DNA from: a virus
Length of the DNA stretch: 64,000 nt
IMG/VR virus record: IMGVR_UViG_3300045988_047070
Reading direction: 5' to 3' (one strand)
Below the pieces are notes generated by a model. It was not told where the DNA came from. It made no database searches and saw only the letters and a list, made by a program, of their open reading frames with translations. Positions 58,101 to 64,000 of the stretch are shown here, piece after piece (positions within the stretch are counted from its first letter, which is position 1; each line of letters starts with the position of its first letter). A program made the translations under genes and the position numbers.

Positions 58101-58919
58101 TAGACTCTTAGTCATTACGCTTTTTAACACTGTAGTAGCATATGGTGCTATTTGCCACATCCAAGCAGAAGAAGAAGAACCTACAGCGGATGGTACAGAA
58201 TATATCCATTTACTTGGTTCTGTCCATTTAAATTCGCTATTCTCTTCCATACCTCTTTGGAAGCGTTCATCTACTTTATATCTAGCAATATCAGCCTCAT
58301 CTGTAGCTATATCATCATATAGCTCTTGAGCTCTATTTTTATATGACTGTAATTGCTGTTCTTGTTGTGCACGTACCTCTTGAGCATTACTTAAATCAGG
58401 TGATACACCCAATGCGCTTAATCCTTCTTTTGTCTGATTTAATTCATTATCTACTTCCTGTAATCGAATTGCTATTGCGTCTGCTTCATTACTATCCTGA
58501 GTAGTAGATAATTGATTAAGAAGAGAATTCTTCTCAGACATTAAATTGTCATATGCAGAAAATAGATTAAGATTGCTATTAAATCTGTCTATATTTGGTA
58601 ATACTTCCCTACGTAATACACCTCTAGTATTTGACAACTGTGCTTCGTTCATATCACGAAGCATTGCCTTTGCAGAATTAAATATTAATTCTGTAGTACT
58701 AAGATCATTAGAACTTTCATCTAGAGTGCTTTCTGTATCTAAATCTTTATTATAACTATCTTTGTTATAACCAGCTAAGTCTCTAAGCACCAAAGTAGGA
58801 TCTACAGTAGATCCTACTCCAATACTTGAAGCATTAGAACCATCTAGATATTTTTCGTAATTTTGTTTGCGAAGTCTAGTGGCTAATGATATATCTTGTA
58901 TATTGTTTTTACTGTCCAT
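46119..58919 (-). CDS. giant virion protein with a crAss-like virion RNA polymerase-type DxDxD motif
   Basis: 4266 aa. ARTGSDFDIDKLF (DFDID at aa 3331-3335, 48915-48929). FHEAYHRV at aa 1854-1858. A Gly/Ala-zipper segment and a P/Q/E-rich linker. Confidence 0.8.
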   Translation of the reverse strand: MDSKNNIQDISLATRLRKQNYEKYLDGSNASSIGVGSTVDPTLVLRDLAGYNKDSYNKDLDTESTLDESSNDLSTTELIFNSAKAMLRDMNEAQLSNTRGVLRREVLPNIDRFNSNLNLFSAYDNLMSEKNSLLNQLSTTQDSNEADAIAIRLQEVDNELNQTKEGLSALGVSPDLSNAQEVRAQQEQQLQSYKNRAQELYDDIATDEADIARYKVDERFQRGMEENSEFKWTEPSKWIYSVPSAVGSSSSAWMWQIAPYATTVLKSVMTKSLLKAGTMALTGAAAGSVAPGAGTLAGGAIGAATGALSIALDLGNAAMMIYSNYKQAENEANANVSDDYRDRVSNILSQSGSSVQAVVNAARSQDLPEEFSKLTDDKLFEKILDGQIQIEDQSLSNAISQARQGLDRDFAQNMAITWASNLAEDALMVPYFGKIADGWIGKSLNTVAFGMNPIEGLGELAASQAKKKMSKYVLGRNAIDVATKKWANRAAKAAYVGTDLALRNAATAFNEAIEEGSQYTTGQAYKRGDFDSSDLDIEGLASSLVGAYKEKATTVANILGSPFGYQNPLYENDTEYWNNVKLGAAASLLSPIQGTVNVRGAYSLVKDTQGMDRVNELAANEINSKEEMEKAITYASGKLKGHEAEIVNAWSMLADGKTENLPEGFNREDALEEARFASRAFSLAKSKQMKSLAKTMGIEEDTEEYGILVGLAMQAEKEYTSSIQNARVRRQELDNAKNKFVNDPISEESLTIAIDSAYRQINDTATTQDEIISKDELREIYDRQRNLNIMSNMITEIDTAINQLNESKNESEFRGNQYSLAKLEDMKYRLNARKKSILKSMPSWYKNNANTINNVDTAMQFVTMNEHVSGLNKATEDSILAELMLERNREILNSFHGIDNGRITPTEEVERENIIELGKTKPYKKSKKLRLTALRNIHEHQGGTLISEMFDLYQTKKAESKEAAEGALGVTEQQTASKPVVPSKPVTAPTGPMRTEQQAAPEVEQKPTPQVRRTARPTQANIASQELSEADQAIIAAAEGQDIGLTQRKQQPQVEPEVQPQNNDSAKTEPVETTNEILGADEDPFAGGVGGVETEDVFNEYGGAVEEPTKTSKKAKESKPKATKTEQAKKDTANAREEFNEAARNFFDLLEDDTLGFAFDPAAQAEKQAKIFKAFLTMLGKAFNLGAYKFKEVALNMYEAIGRDREKLSQHFDAIKGAYSTAYYNMPENVRGKMTTPAEVAEITVDDLFDPQPADLTEEEVNDATKDGVIPTPVTPGSVPPDAISDSELAEFTENSELGILNTFHYTPTANIGETIELGGARIQFSPNSELPKLFKTKQDKLTYEYSVAPYYDNIRKKTVQWNDPNTYDYARVGLIITNTENNKRYWVAMRSPNNIRNLTPEEYPEMIRKLRERRQEIISRFVMKDSNGSLLNKVDTRIKVTPTRLLLHNAIEGTISQEIPVNDKQFKDVFQFSGNLDEEINNFGYSTGVRGTSTIFTVEGDNTGFIGTTSGGVYYIIDGKKRLSGRPLPLKLSLARFNSYPKLAEAISTIVFRSGFKGGQNINNTDLIASDIIEMFLNYGEPTSVNNDSDISDSAKANLRNKQLYIDNKGQFGVLHYGINEVSLAGLSIAQKEQERKHFEDWLLSNGSMPFKVPSKGNDKLAVNMKMNLLFSGRLASSVEKAGGRLELFDGIVFTREDMNHTLLSWMVRNGMIKSNLNAGRYERPYVIADGMTQDMPTTIPDSTATPAIEEAPKSEAPKPSRRRRSFSDLSSMGGSQKEVKINFTPNKKYTTKEKLNKVQAKNFLKQKLGMTDAEINIIDAAVSSDMPATALSYMTKDSITLYNSDPSGVEFHEAYHRVSLLLLSDQERNKVYEEYRRIHPNLKNASDKYVEEALAEEFRGYMMYKTPRKSYRITKWFEKLRDFIMSLFGRTTPTKIFRGIYEGKYANIPVSQEAKDRFEKAYRNRVNFTQHGYTFQNIKSLDNYNQAVEFFAISYINQSLSSQSFVDDLTKIQIDYQDMRDLLEDLSYDDNATPEQRAAANELYEHFDVFQKDIKSYLDSLSLRQVKEEQEYDETEERDGGEIEKENFDKYDKASYEVSVLHNIRPAVKLFLSSIEDRVYDKATDSYVRDMNAETGIPRVTPFLTAWRRIVDKLFDEDTYDGLIRKSAQLAKTDPFYASVYNKLSSVKDSNLQTQIFQTITGYRHNFLTVGFQNIGTDTIQYIANLGGSVNLRNGKRLVADWNRNFYNSNMVITDAEGNRKPNMELLKTIRDDINTLNTRLARMNESTSNEDFNAVLYSYVDIYNKIGIAINFDTLYQAIVDKVSSVNSVNKPTILQAAKELLSSNRDGSLAKAIPEILRRPVKDKPNDRIKRSIDGVFTGENSILNLAIVHYQLNNNNLEEKVLGPKNTTVYPLSKHNYLTLEIKKLNNDRNYVSRLLKCPINSSSLVYNTLKNSPNTRLTVGTLLNITEYNSGNTGTDYQSAPRIETFISKFVCSENDILILPTMSDKKTYMPIQGLKMFKGRTLNITPVDDYVEMRFSDDVLNQFYKYYRSEYDAILQYRRMKLAEDKIDDSNRPTMYFGKRGEDNGKGGKFRIARGVYHYTGDGNVQYISFNSMSDKELMDYFNNTAQLKEDLNTTLGVFVDKQLDYIQRLGLIEKTTDGYYKNKFLPVSSINDRANKLSNDIATLAGKENELNRNHIAIYDAISTFTVNNFVSMFETEKILYKDVAFFKNYPDVSKRLAGTLSTGDRPRTDFSDPNHLMNKVARYKQGRYNVAGLKDVELRTNQPKELYKAIYDAYVRELMENSGKYTKEYIDTVFESGDLFSNESIPQGIKDKAKESTERDLSLYGDIKMNKEGNIEVNEEETPINQADASVYCSPTMYKAILASQGLLDPKVEEAIDYVEQHADDLGDIRKYVNTLSAVLSPKKMVYFGNEILQPIPGEFINMPIFNKMAIFPLFKVLATGDLRVLYDRMNDVNNPIDMFTTKSAVKVGNIKEYDFYTDATQNEITEEFKKDDKGTYSKPIVYRQQNFGNLLNQMPIEAHDAEKRMLVTQAMKTVFSNIRLDGDYFIPSSSGVDQDTTGRKGKKVSGRQLVKLAMDAIDNLSDRGLNRILKDLHAEKNEDGTYSFKDLQGISDKLVRDMISSNMDSDIIDQVTLDETGNFKVPLSASPVAKQLVTKIISAVNKETVDINLPGGTFVQMSSFGLKSIDKVKASEAGQYSKYQINNGERLKLIADDRSMECVISINLLKHIIPGYENMSFLQARQWLMDNNIIGPNASPSAMAYRVPTQGMSSIAALTIKDVVMSQAGDIIILPDEFTARTGSDFDIDKLFLTRYNYTSRRSNKPGREATKDEKELALSGFNEYADEILAIKDGEPVTRRSTQNMATLVNDYLKSKNSNVVYDVTDATYKVYPYISSKTEFDYNKSMNEQSQGAIENLLIDTFMASLLDSKNTHDTTRPLDVPVNIMKNGIVKKYFPDKKNDAALYEYTEEYQDTLKQDFADSKGGIGPFALNNPHHVLGQLVELVMQSPEYLPNIGNLHKVSGVDDIHILDWLSALISAHVDVAKDNYIIKLNVNGFTYNLTNFLLRNGAGKNTMYFVSQEIMKDLANDYIQSRGVYGIDNTKPFYRRFQEKEKAVYDKFVTKAKSLAKSNEDKENLDLLLKNEQVTDQVLFEVPEQGKLGYLENLLRKANDKEKDFDYYYGQILVYKLFKEIEPMAQAMSDLVKASQVDTKKFGKNSIEMRTFLQNVADCYTSPYFTSEMINKFFKETFLQKKIDNSIKFTLDLLGKINIQSSDEYYRVFRSLINASGFSKVKDKQAVTAFTNAIDSYWRAYALYDSTSSPLINSMKELRDLFIGPNTIAKRINRIKTDIISDAASKGGKYPIISVTNGRISNLFLNSITGVTDTTGKAIDYVRLDYSDDISSNASRQIREYWQELLDSDNQELHDLAYDLVRYAVFSGHGTKHLNSLFDFIPTRVLDELGYYETVRTLEKNIDDFSNLFTPDDVDEIYRNNWQDNNMVPVINTNTKGIYIHREKVGNRLVPVAIKGSSRRYVCKDDTDVPLYHPYVKMRDNNATGGYNLYKYVGTFIKDNGKTKTYKPLYILVNKKGFRQGGKGFVSEYLSPYTTGSKYISRFSIIPGNNVAPRFAKYDNNFLEDIPDIINNEIVPKINSQTNKVSGKPLSGVFYSRNTIDYMFSTVENDSAPLVDTSMDENGEVVENTIEQPSTSENEQTEQTEQTNEFNNENEFPTDEMNHCIK

Positions 58920-60693
58920 AGATTAATTCTTCATTATCTCCTCTGTAAGCAGCATTTAATTTAGAACCCATTTTAGTATACTGGAATTCTTCCAAATTAG
59001 CTCTTTCCCTAGTTTGCTGATTATTAAGTACTTGACGCATAACAGGTACCTCTACATAAATACCATCATACTGAATAGCTGCAGCATACTGAGGATCTGA
59101 TAACCATCCACTACTTTGTATCTCTCTATATGCAGCATTTTTATCACTACCAAATTTGATATTAGGTTTCTTAACAATGTCTCCAGAAGGACTAGGTAAT
59201 CTACCATTTAATGTTGATAAGAACTTATTAAAGTCTTCATTTTTAATTAGCTTTTCAGGATCAGTTTCTCCAAAGTCGTAGCCATTATCAATGAAGTATT
59301 GTACTGGAACATACGCTTTGTATTCTTGAGTGAATTGTTCATCACCGGGAATACCATTTTCAATAAGTACTTTATTAGTAGGTGTAACTCCCACATTAGG
59401 AATATTACCAGCAATAAGGTCTCTTTCAAATTTAACTCGATTTGGGTTCCAGTTAGCTTCATTAACGCTTAAACCAAACTTAGAGTTGATATATTGTTCA
59501 GGTGTCATCATTCCATAAACGCTATTACCAGAATAAATTGGAGCACCTGCTAATCCTCTAACCATAGAGGATTTATCAAGCATAGCATCATTAATAAAGT
59601 TCGCTTGTGAACCAATATCTGTAGATAGTCTTGACATAATACCATATGCACTCTTATTTCTATTTAAAGGTAATTGAGTACCGTTTTCATCTACTCTATT
59701 AATATAAATGTCTCTATATTTACTATCAGGAGCAAATGTCTTCTGGATTCTATCAAATTGTGAATTATAAGTTAATTTGTTTCCTTCTTCAGATGTTTGA
59801 GGACCATATGGCCTATTCATAAGTGTAGCAGCAAGCTTAGTAGTAAATTGTACTGGAGATCCTTGAGCATTTTCTGCAGCTTTTAATTGCCTACGATACG
59901 CTTGCTCAGCAGCCATCTTAGCATACTGGTTAAGCTCTCTTGTTGGTCTAATAGTCCTGTCAATATTGGAATCAATAATTTGTTGTCTAAACCAAGATTG
60001 AGCCTCTTCATCTGTAGCCCCAGTTCTTTGTTTAAATAACTGCATATGCTTTTGTGCTTCTGGAGTACTAACAATATCATTAAAATGAGCATCTGCTACA
60101 GCTTGAATATCTTCCATTGAATTTCCAAAGTAGTCATAACCACCTTTAGTGTATAGATATCCTCTTTGCAATTTAGCATAATATGGATCGGATAACTCTC
60201 TAACATCCTTATATGCTAAAGGAGATACATCATTATAAATTCCAGAAGTAAGTGTATCGTAGTTAGCAAAATCAACTCCATGCCACATTTCATTAAATTT
60301 ACCGGCAGCTGCTAACTTCTGATTCATTTCCATTCTTTGTAGCATACCCTCTCTACTTTGCTTTAAAGTAGCCAATTTATATCTATCCACATTATTGATT
60401 AAAGAATTAATCTGAGCTCTACCTTCTGGAGTTTTAAGAGAATCGATATTTTGTGCTAATTTATCAATAATAGGTTTAGCTTTACCCATTGTCTCATCGT
60501 ACCAAGCCTTAGTATCTTTTTCTGATGGTGATCTAAAATCAGACCATTTATCCAGAGCACCAGATAAATCTGCAATAGCTTTATCTACTCTAGCATTTGC
60601 TTCTTTACCTAGAGTATATAATTGCTGGAATGGTAGAGGAACATATGTATTTATGAACTGCGCTTCTGCAGGACGATCATATCTATTTACCAT
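58909..60693 (-). CDS. virion-module hypothetical protein
   Basis: 594-aa ORF translationally coupled to its neighbours. Confidence 0.7.
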   Translation of the reverse strand: MVNRYDRPAEAQFINTYVPLPFQQLYTLGKEANARVDKAIADLSGALDKWSDFRSPSEKDTKAWYDETMGKAKPIIDKLAQNIDSLKTPEGRAQINSLINNVDRYKLATLKQSREGMLQRMEMNQKLAAAGKFNEMWHGVDFANYDTLTSGIYNDVSPLAYKDVRELSDPYYAKLQRGYLYTKGGYDYFGNSMEDIQAVADAHFNDIVSTPEAQKHMQLFKQRTGATDEEAQSWFRQQIIDSNIDRTIRPTRELNQYAKMAAEQAYRRQLKAAENAQGSPVQFTTKLAATLMNRPYGPQTSEEGNKLTYNSQFDRIQKTFAPDSKYRDIYINRVDENGTQLPLNRNKSAYGIMSRLSTDIGSQANFINDAMLDKSSMVRGLAGAPIYSGNSVYGMMTPEQYINSKFGLSVNEANWNPNRVKFERDLIAGNIPNVGVTPTNKVLIENGIPGDEQFTQEYKAYVPVQYFIDNGYDFGETDPEKLIKNEDFNKFLSTLNGRLPSPSGDIVKKPNIKFGSDKNAAYREIQSSGWLSDPQYAAAIQYDGIYVEVPVMRQVLNNQQTRERANLEEFQYTKMGSKLNAAYRGDNEELIYGQ

Positions 60694-60695
60694 AA

Positions 60696-62795
60696 TTATC
60701 TTTTATAATATTGTCTATTCATCTGTTGAATTAACTCTGTAGGATTACCATATGCTAAGAAATTAGCTAGATATGGATAAATCATGTTATCTCTTGCTGC
60801 TTGATTCTTCATCTGTCTGTTTACTTGAGACCATTGTCCTAATTGACTAACAGCAGCAGTACCAAAGCTTCTAGCAGCTGCTCTATTTTTAGCATTTAAA
60901 TCATTTGCAAGAGTTCTACTTTGAACAAATTGCTGACCTAAATTATTTAAAGTATTAGCGTATTCACCTAAGTAAGCATTATCTGCATTTTGTTTAGTAG
61001 CATACATATTAGCATTAGCAGCATATTCATCAACAGCGGCTTGAGTTCTTGCTGCTAAATTAGAACCAGTATTAGCATTAATATTTGCTAAGTTATAATT
61101 TGAAATAGCCCTTGATCTACTGTTGGCTAATCTTGCAGGTTCTATATTCATTCTACGTCTAGCCATAGTATTAGTAATAGCACCTGTGTAAGGATTTAAA
61201 ACAGTTTGTTCATACTCTGGATTACGTAAAGATTGTAAAGCATTATATACGGTAGGAGCTAATGACAACCAGTCTGGAGAATAATCAATAACCCCAGCTT
61301 TATCTTTTGGACTCTTTTTATTACCTACCGTATTTGATATAGGAGATAAATCCGGTTTTGCTGCAACTGGTTTCTTAGGCGCTTCTAAAGATTGAGTATA
61401 AGCATCATTGAAACCAATAACTGGTTCTTCAATATCAAGCATTGGAGCATCTACAAAGTTATAATTAGGAACCGTTTTAGTTGAGATTGTACTTGGAGTT
61501 TTTGTAGTACTTTTACTTGGTACACTTTTAGTTGTATTTACTGCAGGAGTAGGCGATACAGGTTTAGTTGGTACAACAGGTGTATCAACAGAAATCGGCT
61601 CATCATTAGCATATGTAATAGCGTCTATACCATCTCCTGTTACAGGAGCATAAAAAGCAGGAGCACTACCATATGTTTGAATTATACGCTTATTTGGATT
61701 TAATTGGATATTTGATCTAGATTTATCTCTATCACTAGCCGCACCTAATACTGAAGACCAATATGGATCCCATTGCTGAACGTGTCTCATATATGCAGGA
61801 GTAGCAGGTGCTTTAGCGGTCACCTCTACATCTGGTAACTGATCAGCATAATATAAATCATTATTCCTCCAATACTCTTTTCTATTCTCCAGTAATTGTA
61901 CAGGATCTATAGGCTTACTTAATTTATCCTTAGTTCTAGTCTTAGCATTTTTTGGTGTTTCTACTGGAACATAATGTAAAGCTTCATCTAGTGCTTCTGT
62001 GTATATATTTGGACGTCGAAGACTATACCCTTTTTCATAAGCAGGAATACCTTTCTTTTTAGGTTTAATTCCTTTTTTAGCTTTTACTTCCTCCTGTTCT
62101 GATAATAGATTATCATATGCAAAGTTAGCATTTCGTTTATTTAACATATTTGTATTATCAGCAAATATATCTTTACCTTTACTTGGCTTCGTCATTCTAG
62201 TAAGTTTTTTACCTTCTTGTGCAAAAGTTTTATTTGTTCCCGGTCTTTTAATTTTGTCAGATAATACTGACTCTAAATTAGACGCATCAATTAAATGATT
62301 ATCTGTACCGGGTCTATTATTAGGAATTTGCATAATAGTTCCATCGTCCCCTCTGATAACCTCATTATTGTCTACATAGGCTAAATCAGGAAGTATACCA
62401 CCATTCTCATAAGTATATGCTAACACATTATCATCCCAATATTCTGCTGTTTGATTTGCTGCAGCATTCATACCTAGTTGAGTTTTATTCATGGTTTCTT
62501 TTCTGCGCCGCATTTGTTCCATCTGTTTTTTGCGTCTTCTAGATCCAATCCAACCAAAAGCCGCTCCTAATACTCCACCAGCAGCAGCACCAATTGGCCC
62601 TCCAATACTAAAACCTGTTCCAGCTAAAGAAGCAGCACTACCTAATGTACTACCTATAGCATCACCTGTAGAACCTTCTCCTGATAAACCAGAAATGGCA
62701 GAGCCAAGAACATTAGCTCCACCAAGGTAATTAGGCAGTTGATCCATGCCAAATGCATATGCTGGTACGTTTTTCTTATTAATTTTCTTTTTCAT
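60696..62795 (-). CDS. virion-module protein with an N-terminal glycine-zipper segment
   Basis: 699 aa. GSAISGLSGEGSTGDAIGSTLGSAASLAGTGFSIGGPIGAAAGGVLGAAFGWIG. Confidence 0.7.
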   Translation of the reverse strand: MKKKINKKNVPAYAFGMDQLPNYLGGANVLGSAISGLSGEGSTGDAIGSTLGSAASLAGTGFSIGGPIGAAAGGVLGAAFGWIGSRRRKKQMEQMRRRKETMNKTQLGMNAAANQTAEYWDDNVLAYTYENGGILPDLAYVDNNEVIRGDDGTIMQIPNNRPGTDNHLIDASNLESVLSDKIKRPGTNKTFAQEGKKLTRMTKPSKGKDIFADNTNMLNKRNANFAYDNLLSEQEEVKAKKGIKPKKKGIPAYEKGYSLRRPNIYTEALDEALHYVPVETPKNAKTRTKDKLSKPIDPVQLLENRKEYWRNNDLYYADQLPDVEVTAKAPATPAYMRHVQQWDPYWSSVLGAASDRDKSRSNIQLNPNKRIIQTYGSAPAFYAPVTGDGIDAITYANDEPISVDTPVVPTKPVSPTPAVNTTKSVPSKSTTKTPSTISTKTVPNYNFVDAPMLDIEEPVIGFNDAYTQSLEAPKKPVAAKPDLSPISNTVGNKKSPKDKAGVIDYSPDWLSLAPTVYNALQSLRNPEYEQTVLNPYTGAITNTMARRRMNIEPARLANSRSRAISNYNLANINANTGSNLAARTQAAVDEYAANANMYATKQNADNAYLGEYANTLNNLGQQFVQSRTLANDLNAKNRAAARSFGTAAVSQLGQWSQVNRQMKNQAARDNMIYPYLANFLAYGNPTELIQQMNRQYYKR

Positions 62796-62796
62796 A

Positions 62797-64000
62797 TTAT
62801 ATCATTGAGTATCTATAAGCTGTACTAATATAAGGTACTTTAAATTCATTACCACCATTACAATCATACTTATAATTACAGATGAGATATTTTCCCTTCA
62901 TTCTGTCCTTATAAGACTTATTAGCTAGCTGTTCTACTTCATTTAGCTTTAATGCATTACGAGGAATTGCAAATTTATAAGTATCCTCTCTGTAATCAAT
63001 GTCTTCACTAGTTAATGTTTCACTAGTTTGCCTTTTCGTAGTAAATAGTATCAAATCAAAATTAGTATCTGTAGTAAAATCACCACCATATTCAACATTA
63101 TCAAATGTTTTAGTTTGTGGATAATCTTTGTTAACTACAAATTCTATTTCAGATACCTTTGCTTTGTCAGAATCTAAATCAGCTTGTTCACCACCATTAT
63201 ATTTAAACAGTTTCAATGATTTAAATAAATATAGTTTATCACTAAATTCTGCATAATAGTCTGGATTGTAGTTATAGAATGAAGTAAATACTCCTAGTTG
63301 TTCATTAAACGCTAGTGTTTTATCTCCTAGAGTAAACAGAACTTCATTGTATTTCTTATCATATACTGCAATAGGATCTTTTTTAAATAAGTCTTTATTC
63401 TTATTCAAATAAGATTGAACCCCTTTTAATTTAGATACTGTTTGTAACTGACCATTAAAACCACATATCTCATTACGTTTACTATCATACCAGTACACAG
63501 TGCTATCTGATTGAGTATTTGCTCTTAATTGGTTTGGACTTTCACCATTCATTGTAGTAAAGTAGTCATATCTGTCTAGTATACCACCAGTACCTAGAGT
63601 AAGAGCACCTGGATTATTATCAGTTATAATAGAACGTTCATTCACTGCAACTGTGCCAAAAGCGTCTGTTTGCCAGAATACTAAATTATTTTTAAACAGT
63701 TTCATATCATTAATTGGACCAAATCTAGTATCTACATCAAGATAATTAGCTACTTTAAATTTTGTCCACGAATCAGTAACTTCATTATTTGTTTTCAGTT
63801 CTGAAGATATGATACGAGTATCTGTTAATAGATTATCTATATTATAGATAGATTTAGCTACAAATTTCTTTGCATTAGGCTGAGCAGAATATGCGTCATT
63901 GTATGCATATGATGGAGTATTTTGAGTGTATAAATCTCCAACAGTAACTATATCATCTTCTACGAAATGATTAGCATATCCATCACCAGCTTGATAAGTT
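62797..64000 (-). CDS. structural-module protein, C-terminal part (5' end beyond the window)
   Basis: Hand translation shows the frame of the tracked 302-aa ORF stays open upstream of its Met, all the way to position 64000. Confidence 0.65.
   Translation of the reverse strand, partial: TYQAGDGYANHFVEDDIVTVGDLYTQNTPSYAYNDAYSAQPNAKKFVAKSIYNIDNLLTDTRIISSELKTNNEVTDSWTKFKVANYLDVDTRFGPINDMKLFKNNLVFWQTDAFGTVAVNERSIITDNNPGALTLGTGGILDRYDYFTTMNGESPNQLRANTQSDSTVYWYDSKRNEICGFNGQLQTVSKLKGVQSYLNKNKDLFKKDPIAVYDKKYNEVLFTLGDKTLAFNEQLGVFTSFYNYNPDYYAEFSDKLYLFKSLKLFKYNGGEQADLDSDKAKVSEIEFVVNKDYPQTKTFDNVEYGGDFTTDTNFDLILFTTKRQTSETLTSEDIDYREDTYKFAIPRNALKLNEVEQLANKSYKDRMKGKYLICNYKYDCNGGNEFKVPYISTAYRYSMI

Noticed and set aside
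42092-58755. About 20 plus-strand ORFs of 60-131 aa inside the giant minus-strand genes, and similar antisense ORFs elsewhere (for example 35080-35496 and 21316-21555)
   Set aside because: All are embedded antisense or out of frame in long, well-supported ORFs. Their low-complexity hydrophobic composition is typical of spurious frames.
40821-58919. Stop-codon reassignment (TAG or TGA recoding), which occurs in some crAss-like lineages
   Set aside because: ORFs of 4266, 1763, 699 and 594 aa are uninterrupted under the standard code. I also found no tRNA-like element with a suppressor anticodon.
1-64000. CRISPR arrays, integrase or attachment sites, transposases, rRNA genes
   Set aside because: I found no regularly spaced direct repeats, no recombinase or transposase motifs in any ORF, and no rRNA-like segments.

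Overview
The window reads as a contiguous piece of a crAss-like (Crassvirales-type) tailed phage genome. It is AT-rich and has A-rich, mostly Shine-Dalgarno-free leaders, which fits a Bacteroidota host. There are three blocks. (1) 1-7125, minus strand: the 5' part of the large terminase gene, then small genes including dUTPase, a MazG-like dNTP pyrophosphohydrolase, a ParB-like nuclease and an HTH protein. (2) 7427-40759, plus strand: an ORF-poor, visibly GC-enriched accessory region (7.1-25.6 kb), followed by a replication module. That module holds an AAA+ ATPase, a family-B DNA polymerase split by a group I intron carrying an HNH gene, a DnaB-like helicase, a RecA-fold ATPase, an SSB ending in DDLPF, an AAA_5 ATPase with a partner gene, a Toprim primase and two PD-(D/E)XK nucleases. 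(3) 40821-64000, minus strand: giant virion or ejected proteins. These include a 4266-aa protein with a DFDID motif like the crAss-like virion RNA polymerase plus an HExxH motif, and a 1763-aa HExxH protein. The standard genetic code fits all long ORFs, so I see no sign of stop-codon recoding. The most unusual signals are RNA-level. (a) A family of tRNA-shaped elements has canonical acceptor, D and T arms, but the anticodon arm is a 4-5 bp stem capped by a 4-nt loop, so no anticodon is possible. Several carry hairpins inserted in the D-loop, and most sit 17-45 nt upstream of the next ORF. (b) A 2.3-kb stretch (21.9-24.3 kb) has no credible ORF in any frame and higher GC than its surroundings, which suggests large structured RNA. 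(c) Several other structured, ORF-free spacers exist, one of which holds a lone antisense HNH gene. Other points are a phage ECF sigma factor with a membrane partner, two GC-rich paralogues flanked by a repeated element, and an excess of replication-module proteins ending in Ala-Ala. All RNA folds and coordinates were derived by hand, so they need tRNAscan-SE, Infernal and covariation checks.
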